Assembly (NCBI GenBank): GCA_034408725.1
Contig: JAWXCN010000047.1
Location: 1-19,451, forward strand
From: Candidatus Hydrogenedentota bacterium
GTDB lineage: Bacteria > Hydrogenedentota > Hydrogenedentia > Hydrogenedentales > SLHB01
Direction of reading: 5' to 3'
DNA: 19,451 nt
A program made the translations under genes and the position numbers. The notes under the pieces are model-generated. The model did no database searches, was not told the origin of the DNA, and was given only the letters and a program-made list of their open reading frames with translations. This document shows, piece by piece, positions 1-7,277 of this stretch. Numbering within the stretch: the stretch's first letter is position 1; every line of letters begins with the position of its first letter.

Positions 1-77
<77 letters not shown>

Positions 78-121
78 CGAATTTGTTGGACACACATACA
101 ACCGACGCGCCGCCCACTCAC

Positions 122-150
122 TGTCATTCCGAGCGGGTAGCGAGGAATCT
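122..150 (+). repeat. REP-like palindromic unit TGTCATTCCGAGCG..AGCGAGGAATCT (single copy in window)
   Basis: Imperfect palindrome (ATTCC...GGAAT). Resembles a widespread intergenic GTCATTCC/GGAATC repeat family, from recall; not searched. Confidence 0.6.
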
Positions 151-224
151 ACTTCGGCGGCTGTGCGCTACGGTAGAAAAACCGATGGCGATGAGGAGCA
201 CGAGTACGTACTAGATGTTATCTG

Positions 225-287
225 CGAAACCCGAAACCCGAAACCCGAAACCCGATACCCGATGCCCGATACCCGATACCCGATTCC
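225..287. repeat. Heptamer tandem repeat (CGAWACC)x9
   Basis: CGAAACC x4, CGATACC, CGATGCC, CGATACC x2, CGATTCC. Ends 2 nt from the permease stop codon at 290. Confidence 0.95.
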
Positions 288-289
288 AT

Positions 290-1219
290 TTACCCCTTCA
301 ACGCGCCGACCGTGATACCCCGCGTCAATTGTTTCTGCAACACCACGTACACCGCCAGCGTCGGCGCCAGCACGATCACCAATCCCGCGAACATCAAACC
401 GAAATCCGCCTTGTACTGCGCCTGCATGCTCACCGCAGCAAGACCGAGCGGCAAGGTCTTGTGCGCATCCGAATTCACAAATACTAACGCCAACAAATAT
501 TCGTTCCACAATCCGATGAAATTGAATATCGCCGCAGACACCAACCCCGGTTTTGCCAACGGCATCATGATGTGACGGAATACGCCGAACTCGCTGCACC
601 CGTCGATAATGCCCGCTTCGCGCAATGCGCCCGGCAAACTCCGGAAGAATCCTGTAAGCACGAGAATGGTGAACGGAAGACTCAGCGCAATATAGATCAG
701 GATCAAGCCTGTGTACGTGTCGTGCAATTCCACCTGCAGACCCAGTGGCGCGAGCAACGCCGATCCCGCATGCGACAGATAGGTAAACTGAAAGAACAAG
801 GGCACCAACACCAATTGCGCGGGCACCATCAACCCGGTGATAAAATAGAGATACAATGCTCGATTGCCCAAGAATCGGAACCGGGCAAGCACGTAAGACG
901 CCATCGCGCCGAATCCGATGATGCCCAGCAAGGAAATACTGGTTACCAGGATGCTGTTGAAAAAATAACGTTGAAACCGCGATTCGATCCAGGCCTTGGT
1001 GTAATTGTTTTTCACCGATTCCCATGCGGATTCCGTATCCGTCACGGGCAATTCATTGGCGTTTCCCGCCAACACCCACGGCATCCCGAAGGGGTTTTTC
1101 ACAAATTCCTGTGACGTGCGCAGTGAATTCACGACGACCCACACGAGCGGAACCACGACAGCAATAAGCCACACCAGCAGCGCGGCGTATAGGAAACCTG
1201 TTTTGACATGTCGCAACAT
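290..1219 (-). CDS. Carbohydrate ABC transporter permease (MalG/NgcG-like)
   Basis: Multiple TM segments, EAA loop (ALREAGIIDGCS), WNEY and terminal GALKG motifs. Start moved to ATG 1219 (MLRHVK), which overlaps the upstream stop as TGATG. Confidence 0.93.
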   Translation of the reverse strand: MLRHVKTGFLYAALLVWLIAVVVPLVWVVVNSLRTSQEFVKNPFGMPWVLAGNANELPVTDTESAWESVKNNYTKAWIESRFQRYFFNSILVTSISLLGIIGFGAMASYVLARFRFLGNRALYLYFITGLMVPAQLVLVPLFFQFTYLSHAGSALLAPLGLQVELHDTYTGLILIYIALSLPFTILVLTGFFRSLPGALREAGIIDGCSEFGVFRHIMMPLAKPGLVSAAIFNFIGLWNEYLLALVFVNSDAHKTLPLGLAAVSMQAQYKADFGLMFAGLVIVLAPTLAVYVVLQKQLTRGITVGALKG

Positions 1220-2166
1220 CAGTATTCGAGCGCCTCTTTGCGCGACAACCGCAGCGTGAACATCGATGCCATGAACACCACGATGAACATCAGCACTGCC
1301 ACCGCCGCGCCGTACCCAATGTTGTACTCGCTGAAAACTTTCTGGTACATGAGCGTCGCGAGCACGTGCGTTTCTTTCGTCGGCCATTCGTTGTCCATAA
1401 TCCAGACCATGTCGAATATTTTCAGGCACCCGATCACAAGGAACACAAGACCGACCGTCAACACTTCGCGAATCAGTGGCAGTGTGATGTGCCAAAATTG
1501 GCTAATTTCCGACGCGCCGTCAAGCGTGGCTGCTTCGTAATAGGATTCGGGTATCCCTTCCATCGCCGCGAGAAACAGGACCATATAGAATCCTGTGGAA
1601 GCCCAGACAATAATCGGGATGAGTGAGTAGATCAGATACGGTTTTCCTGTAAACGGAAATGGCAATTCGAGATTCGCGAGGCCGGTCCATCCCCGGGCAA
1701 CGTCCATCGCGCCGTTTAATCTGCCAAAATCTTCGTACTTCAACCAACCCAGCAGACTATTGATCACGCCAAAGTCAGTCGTGCTGTACAACAGCACCCA
1801 CAACAACGCGATCGCCACCGAAGAAATCACGTTGGGAAAGAAGAACGTCACGCGAAACAAAGCCGCGCCACGCACGCGACGGTGCAGCGCGGATGCAAAC
1901 AGCAGCGACAGCACCACGATCAGCAGTCCGGCGCCGACCGTCAAAACAATGTTGTGCCACAGCGCCGCGGCAAACACATCGCGGTCGCGCAGCAGTGCCG
2001 CAAAATTATCGAGCCCCACCCATTTTGGCGCAGAAAGGCCGTCCCATTTTTCAAAGCTATAGGCGAATGCGCGAATGCCCGGCATTGCCACAAACACAGT
2101 AAACAGCAAAAACGCCGGCGCCAGGAATGTGATCATGAACACGGTCTGTTCGCGACTGCGCTTCAC
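1219..2166 (-). CDS. Carbohydrate ABC transporter permease (MalF/NgcF-like)
   Basis: FLAPA, WVGLDNF and EAA loop (YYEAATLDGAS) motifs. GTG start overlaps the SBP stop as GTGA. Confidence 0.93.
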   Translation of the reverse strand: MKRSREQTVFMITFLAPAFLLFTVFVAMPGIRAFAYSFEKWDGLSAPKWVGLDNFAALLRDRDVFAAALWHNIVLTVGAGLLIVVLSLLFASALHRRVRGAALFRVTFFFPNVISSVAIALLWVLLYSTTDFGVINSLLGWLKYEDFGRLNGAMDVARGWTGLANLELPFPFTGKPYLIYSLIPIIVWASTGFYMVLFLAAMEGIPESYYEAATLDGASEISQFWHITLPLIREVLTVGLVFLVIGCLKIFDMVWIMDNEWPTKETHVLATLMYQKVFSEYNIGYGAAVAVLMFIVVFMASMFTLRLSRKEALEY

Positions 2167-3524
2167 GGCGTCTCCCCCAGCGATGCCGGGTCGTACGGTG
2201 TAAACGGAGGGATGATCACATCAGGGTCTTGCTGCGCACGCACCAACCCTTCATCGAGCTGTCGGCCAAACTCTTCTGGCGTAATGTCGCCCTGCATGAG
2301 CGACGCGAGCGCGATATGCGCAACCTGCTCGCGCCATTCGAGCAACAGATCGTACAGCCTGACGTTGAACACGCCCGGCGCGGCATCGATCATATCCAGT
2401 ACGGACTGCAGCGGCGGTCCCACGGTTTCGCGTGGGCATCCTCCCTTGAGGGGCGAGATGACGCCGATGGACGACGCCATGTCCGCGCCATTCTGCATCG
2501 AAATCATGTAGCGCGCGAAGTCCATGGCATCCTCGGGGTAGCGGCCATCCGATGTCACCAGCATTTGCTCCATGCCAAGACCGTTGAACAATTTTGGGTT
2601 TCCCTTTCCCCCTTCGACCGCGGGCACGTTAAACACGCGCATCTCAAAATCCGGTGGCGTCGATTCTTTCATTTCGTTGAATAGCCATACCCCGCAAAAA
2701 ATCATCGCCGCCTTGTTGTTCACAAATTCCAACTGGCTCTCGAGATGGTTCATCGCCTCGTAACCGGGCTGGAAATAATCGCGCACGAGGTCTTGCCACA
2801 ATTTTGCGGCGGCTATAGCATCAGGATGGCTGAACGCGCCGGGTTCGAGCGCGTTCATTCTATTGATGAGCGGGAGACCGCCGCAGCGTTGCGCGACAGA
2901 GATGTATGAGTACCATGCGTAATAGGGGTACTTGCCCTGAAACGCGAGCGGAGCGATGCCGGCAGCTTTTATTTCTGCGCATACCGCCGTAAACTCGGAC
3001 CACGTCGCCGGCGGCGTCCAGCCGTGTTCGCGAAACAATTTCGCGTCGTACCAGCAACCCCAAGCACCGAACGATGTCGGAATGCCGTAACATTTCCCGT
3101 CGCTCGTGAATGAATCGAGCGTGCCCGGAATGAATTGGTCGCGCCAGAGTTCACCGGAATCGTTTACAGGCTGATCGAGAACGTCGTTGAACGGCAGTAG
3201 CTTTCCCGCCGCGATCATTTTCCAAATTGGCAGATACTGATCGAGCATCACGTCCGGCGGGTCGCCCCGCAAAATGCGGGGTTTCACCTTGTCGCGCATG
3301 CGCGGGTCGCCCCACAATTCGACCACCACCCCCTCGTCCTTGTGCGCGCGCGAATACTCTTCGGCGATCTTCTGGTGCCAGTGAATGCCGTAGCCACCCT
3401 CGAAAAACGCAGCCTCGACCACGCGAACGTTTGAGTCCGCGTCGGCCCGGTGCGAGATCGCGTCGCACCCGCACAACGTAATTGCGAGAATCAGAACTGG
3501 AAGTAACCGTAGCGAGGTGTTCAC
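2163..3524 (-). CDS. Sugar ABC transporter substrate-binding lipoprotein, NgcE (GlcNAc/chitobiose)-like
   Basis: Lipobox LCGC, FEGGYG and GDPPDV segments, family-1 SBP length. GTG start at 3524 follows GAAGGGG SD. Substrate is inferred. Confidence 0.88.
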   Translation of the reverse strand: MNTSLRLLPVLILAITLCGCDAISHRADADSNVRVVEAAFFEGGYGIHWHQKIAEEYSRAHKDEGVVVELWGDPRMRDKVKPRILRGDPPDVMLDQYLPIWKMIAAGKLLPFNDVLDQPVNDSGELWRDQFIPGTLDSFTSDGKCYGIPTSFGAWGCWYDAKLFREHGWTPPATWSEFTAVCAEIKAAGIAPLAFQGKYPYYAWYSYISVAQRCGGLPLINRMNALEPGAFSHPDAIAAAKLWQDLVRDYFQPGYEAMNHLESQLEFVNNKAAMIFCGVWLFNEMKESTPPDFEMRVFNVPAVEGGKGNPKLFNGLGMEQMLVTSDGRYPEDAMDFARYMISMQNGADMASSIGVISPLKGGCPRETVGPPLQSVLDMIDAAPGVFNVRLYDLLLEWREQVAHIALASLMQGDITPEEFGRQLDEGLVRAQQDPDVIIPPFTPYDPASLGETP

Positions 3525-3613
3525 GCGTTCCCCTTCGTGGTGCACTCGCCGAATCGTAGCGGTTTGGGAGGCGGGATTCTAATTGACGACTTTGGAGCTG
3601 GTAAGAAGTATTT

Positions 3614-3787
3614 ACCACGAAGGCACGAAGAACACGAAGAGGAGTGAATTGAACCACGGAGACACGGAGCGCACGGAGTAGTTTGGATGGAAATACATTC
3701 TGTTGAAACTTTTTTTGGAGTGTCAATTTCGATGCGACCGGTGACTACGTGTTGAATAATCTCCGTGCTCTCCTTGTCTTCGTGGTT
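3614..3787. repeat. AACCAC-GRRG triple-unit inverted repeat element (arm A 3614-3640, arm B 3652-3678, inverted B' 3761-3787)
   Basis: B and B' match 24/27 as an inverted pair around an 82-bp AT-rich spacer. Same family recurs at 7109-7272 and 8321-8349. Confidence 0.9.
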
Positions 3788-3815
3788 TTTTCTTTACCGG
3801 GGGGCGGGCTGAAGA

Positions 3816-4037
3816 CTACGGTTGCTTGAAAGGAATAATTAACAAGCCGGCGCCGACGACTATGGCGGCGACGCCTGCCCATGTGGGAACGTTGACGGTT
3901 TTTTTTTCTTTGATTTCGAACTCGAGCGGGCCGAGCTTCACTTCCTGGCTGTCTTCGGTGTAGCTGAACTTGTCGTACACCAGCCCGAGAATGCCGAGAA
4001 TGATCAGGGCAAGTGCGACAATCCTGACAGCGGTCAT
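3816..4037 (-). CDS. Small two-TM membrane protein (DUF3185-like conserved hypothetical)
   Basis: 73 aa, two hydrophobic helices flanking a KLGPLE..KEKKT loop; GGGGAG SD upstream. Confidence 0.75.
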   Translation of the reverse strand: MTAVRIVALALIILGILGLVYDKFSYTEDSQEVKLGPLEFEIKEKKTVNVPTWAGVAAIVVGAGLLIIPFKQP

Positions 4038-4072
4038 CGTGGAAGCTCCCCTATTCGCGCGACGAGCGCGGA

Positions 4073-5317
4073 CTATACGCCTACGGTTTCACCCTGCCGT
4101 ACATATCTGGATTCAACATAGTCGTCGATAATCTGCCGGAATTCGCGGGCGAGTTCGTCTGGCGTTCCCGTGAGTGTTTTGAATTTCTGTCCATCGATGT
4201 ACACCGGACAACTCGGCGATTCGCCTGTGCCGGGAAGGCTGATTCCGATGTTGGCGGCCTTGGATTCGCCGGGGCCGTTCACCACGCAACCCATGACCGC
4301 GAGTTTGAGGTCTTCAAAACCCTGATACTTCTGTTTCCACTCCGGCATTTTGTTGCGCACGTAGGCCTGCGTTTGTTCCGCGAGTTCCTGGAACACCGTG
4401 CTCGTCGTGCGGCCACATCCGGGACACGCCGTAATGCTCGGTGCAAACGAGCGCAGTCCCAGCGACTGCAATATCTCGCAGGCCGCGTACACTTCTTCAC
4501 ACCGGTCGCCACCGGGCTGCGGGGTAAGCGAGACGCGAATGGTATCGCCGATACCTTCGGATAACAGCACGCCAAGCACCGAAGCAGACCAGGCAATCCC
4601 TTTGATGCCCATTCCCGCTTCCGTCAATCCGAGATGCAACGGCTGGTCCGTTTTCGACGACAAATCGCGGTAGACTTCAATCAAATGCAACGGCGTCGAA
4701 CTTTTGCACGAAATGATGATCTGGTCGTTCCGCAGGCCATTCTCCAGCGCGAGTTCGGTGGATTGTAGCGCCGAAATCACCATGCACTGATTGATAATTT
4801 CATCGGATTCCAGCCCAAGATCGTCGTCGGTGTTTTCCTGCATCTTGCGCATCACCAGTTCCTGGTTCAGCGAACCCACGTTCACGCCTATTCGCACCGG
4901 TTTGCCGTGGTCAATTGCGATCTTGCAGATGGTCGAGAATTGGATATCGCGCTTGCTGCCTCGCCCGACGTTGCCCGGGTTGATGCGGTACTTGTCCAGC
5001 GCCGCCGCACATTCGGGATTCTCAGTCAGCAGCTTGTGACCGTTGAAATGAAAGTCGCCGATGATCGGCGCGGTAATCCCCGCCCCGCGCACGCGCCGCC
5101 AAATCTCCGGCACCGCTGCCGCGGCTTCGCCGGTGTCTACCGTGATGCGCACCAGCTCCGATCCCGCATTCGCCAGCGCAATGATCTGGTCCGCCGTGCC
5201 GATGACGTCGGCGGTTTCCGTATTCGTCATCGACTGAACAATTACGGGCGCGCCGCCGCCGACCTGGATGTCGCCGACCATTACGCCGATGGTTTTACGT
5301 TTGGGGGCCAGAATCAT
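4073..5317 (-). CDS. ispG: (E)-4-hydroxy-3-methylbut-2-enyl-diphosphate synthase IspG (GcpE)
   Basis: VQSMTNT, DFHF, RINPGN, RIGVNxGSL, LHLGLTEAG, GIGDTIRVSL, CPGCGRT and VMGCVVNGPGE (4Fe-4S ligands). Start set at ATG 5317 after GAGG. Confidence 0.97.
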   Translation of the reverse strand: MILAPKRKTIGVMVGDIQVGGGAPVIVQSMTNTETADVIGTADQIIALANAGSELVRITVDTGEAAAAVPEIWRRVRGAGITAPIIGDFHFNGHKLLTENPECAAALDKYRINPGNVGRGSKRDIQFSTICKIAIDHGKPVRIGVNVGSLNQELVMRKMQENTDDDLGLESDEIINQCMVISALQSTELALENGLRNDQIIISCKSSTPLHLIEVYRDLSSKTDQPLHLGLTEAGMGIKGIAWSASVLGVLLSEGIGDTIRVSLTPQPGGDRCEEVYAACEILQSLGLRSFAPSITACPGCGRTTSTVFQELAEQTQAYVRNKMPEWKQKYQGFEDLKLAVMGCVVNGPGESKAANIGISLPGTGESPSCPVYIDGQKFKTLTGTPDELAREFRQIIDDYVESRYVRQGETVGV

Positions 5318-5394
5318 GTCCAAAGCCTCGAACTGAGGAAACAGTCGCCAGTAACACGTTTGGTTGCCGGGAAACTGTCCCAAGACTGTACTTT

Positions 5395-5403
5395 ATAATA
5401 GCA
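5395..5403 (-). promoter_or_regulatory. Candidate extended -10 promoter for ispG (TGcTATTAT)
   Basis: TGn + TATTAT about 80 nt upstream of the ispG start; no clear -35. Confidence 0.4.
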
Positions 5404-5460
5404 GGAATCGGGGAGATCAGCGACTCGGGGACGTTTCTCGGTACGCGGGAATAACGTGGG

Positions 5461-5688
5461 CTATTTCGATTCAGATGGCGTGGTTAGGCCGGCCAATTTT
5501 GCCTGTAGAGATTCCAAAACGAAATCGCGCATGAACTCGCTTGCGCGAAGAATTTCCACCCCAATGAGTTCGCCCCGCTCATTGAGCTCTGCCGTGACGT
5601 TGGGCATCAACTCTATGCTGTCAGACTCGCGACCTTCCGCAATGATGAGGTGGAGTACATCCTCTTCTTCAAAATAAGTCATACGCAT
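5461..5688 (-). CDS. DUF2283-family protein (putative antitoxin)
   Basis: Pattern Y.EE.DVLHL ... ELNERGELIGVEIL.AS typical of DUF2283; acidic, 75 aa. Confidence 0.85.
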   Translation of the reverse strand: MRMTYFEEEDVLHLIIAEGRESDSIELMPNVTAELNERGELIGVEILRASEFMRDFVLESLQAKLAGLTTPSESK

Positions 5689-5689
5689 G

Positions 5690-5959
5690 TTAGCTGCTCA
5701 CAAACCGCCCTGAGCGGATTCGGAGGTTGACTTTAGTTCTCGTCGTTGCATGGATTGTAACTGGCGTAATTTGGTCTAAATTCTTTTCGTAAGGAATTAT
5801 AACAAGATCCTTGCCGTGCTTGCCAATGGCTACCAGACGCGCCGACTCAGTGTCGTAATACCGCTCTTCGGAATACCGAAGTACGTATTCGGCCATTGAT
5901 TGGTCAAAGCCACGTAAAATCAAGCGGTACAACATATAGTCGGTCCATATGACAGTCAT
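5690..5959 (-). CDS. DUF4258-like / RelE-superfamily putative toxin
   Basis: 89 aa, N-terminal IWTDYMLYRLILRG, C-terminal ITPVTIH and basic tail. Stop is 1 nt before the DUF2283 ATG, the usual partner arrangement. Confidence 0.65.
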   Translation of the reverse strand: MTVIWTDYMLYRLILRGFDQSMAEYVLRYSEERYYDTESARLVAIGKHGKDLVIIPYEKNLDQITPVTIHATTRTKVNLRIRSGRFVSS

Positions 5960-5971
5960 CTAGGAACCAAA

Positions 5972-7045
5972 CTACCCCGACCGCATGCCCTGCATGCGCA
6001 GTTTCAGGTCGCGCGGGCTGGTGGCGTTGGTAAGCGCCATTTCGGGGGACACGCGCCCTTCTTTCCACAGCGCATAGAGCGCCTGGTCGAAGGTCTGCAT
6101 GCCGTACTGTTCCTGCCCTTCTTCGATCAGCTTTGTAATTTCCTTGAAGCTCTTGCCGATTTCGATAAACTCGCGCACGGTGCGGTTGCCAATGAGCACT
6201 TCTGCGGCGACACAGCGGCCCACGCCTTCCTTGAGCGGCAACAGACGCTGCGAGATCACCGCGCGCAGCACGCTGGCAAGCTGTTTGCGCACTTGAAGCT
6301 GCTGGTGCGGCTCGAAAAAGTCGAGAATACGGTTTAACGTTTCAATTGCATCCACCGTGTGCAGCGTGGAAAACACCAGATGGCCGGTTTCGGCGGATGC
6401 AATGGCGGTGCGCACCGTTTCAGGATCGCGCATTTCACCGATAAGTATCACGTCGGGGTCCTGTCGAAGAGCGCCGCGCAACGCATTCGCAAATGATAAA
6501 GTGTCGTGGCCGACCTCGCGTTGCGTGATGATCGCGGTTTTATCGGAATGGATGAATTCAACAGGGTCTTCTACCGTCACTACATGACACGGGCGTGTGT
6601 CGTTGATCTCATTGATAATCGCCGCGAGCGTGGTTGACTTGCCACTACCGGTAACACCCGTCACCAAAACAAGCCCGTTTACATTTTTGCAAATGTTGTG
6701 TACCACAGGAGGAAGGCTCAACTCATCTATGGTCTTGATTTGCATGGGGATCAGGCGCAGGACTATCCGTGTGTCGCCATCGTCGCGACACACATTGACG
6801 CGGAAGCGTGCTTTATCCTCATACATGTACGACGTGTCGAGCTCCATCACCTTCTTGAATCGCTCAATGTCCACGGGCTTCGCGATCCCGGCCAGCATGC
6901 CCATGATATCGTCTTCATTCAGGATCACGCCGGACTGGCGCACAAGGTCGCCGTCAATCCGGAATACCGCAGGATTGCCCGACTTGAGATGAATATCCGA
7001 CGCGCGGCTGGTCAGCGCCTCGATCATGATGTCTTGTATCTGCAT
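5972..7045 (-). CDS. pilT: Type IV pilus retraction ATPase, PilT/PilU family
   Basis: ASDIHL, Walker A GVTGSGKST, EDPVE, Walker B PDVILIGEMRD, His box TGHLVFSTLH, GMQTFDQAL. Confidence 0.93.
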   Translation of the reverse strand: MQIQDIMIEALTSRASDIHLKSGNPAVFRIDGDLVRQSGVILNEDDIMGMLAGIAKPVDIERFKKVMELDTSYMYEDKARFRVNVCRDDGDTRIVLRLIPMQIKTIDELSLPPVVHNICKNVNGLVLVTGVTGSGKSTTLAAIINEINDTRPCHVVTVEDPVEFIHSDKTAIITQREVGHDTLSFANALRGALRQDPDVILIGEMRDPETVRTAIASAETGHLVFSTLHTVDAIETLNRILDFFEPHQQLQVRKQLASVLRAVISQRLLPLKEGVGRCVAAEVLIGNRTVREFIEIGKSFKEITKLIEEGQEQYGMQTFDQALYALWKEGRVSPEMALTNATSPRDLKLRMQGMRSG

Positions 7046-7064
7046 AAAATTCCCCCGGAAACGC

Positions 7065-7099
7065 GGGACGGTAACCGTCCCAACGCAATCATCGTATCA
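7065..7099 (-). promoter_or_regulatory. Candidate pilT promoter (TGaTACGAT, 7091-7099) followed by perfect palindrome GGGACGGT-A-ACCGTCCC (7065-7081)
   Basis: Both motifs read directly; function inferred. Confidence 0.4.
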
Positions 7100-7108
7100 C
7101 AAGACAGT

Positions 7109-7272
7109 TTTCACCACGAAGGAACTACGGATTTAACCACGGAGACACGGAGCACACGGAGAACTCAAAACCGGGATAAAAGTCGCATTCTAATTTTTGT
7201 CATAATCTCTCCGTGTGCTCGGTGTCTCCGTGGTTTGCTTTTCTTCGTGTTCTTCGTGCCTTCGCGGTGAAA
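7109..7272. repeat. Nested AACCAC-GRRG inverted repeat element (inner B 7135-7162 / B' 7208-7235; outer partial A 7109-7122 / A' 7241-7272)
   Basis: Inner arms 27/28 complementary around a 45-bp spacer. The outer right arm is the near-exact reverse complement of arm A at 3614-3640. Confidence 0.92.
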
Positions 7273-7277
7273 TGGTA

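Noticed and set aside
168..1025. 285-aa minus-strand ORF and 215..487 plus-strand ORF
   Set aside because: Alternate or antisense frames of the permease that run through the heptamer array.
1220..1495. N-terminal extension of permease 2 in the ORF track
   Set aside because: Overlaps permease 1; the TGATG coupling at 1219 gives the natural start.
3614..3787. Possible CRISPR array or tRNA
   Set aside because: Repeats are inverted and irregular, there is no constant repeat-spacer period or cas gene, and no cloverleaf or T-loop motif.
5461..7272. Prophage, IS or integron as the source of the TA pair
   Set aside because: No integrase, transposase, attC-like site or target duplication identified.
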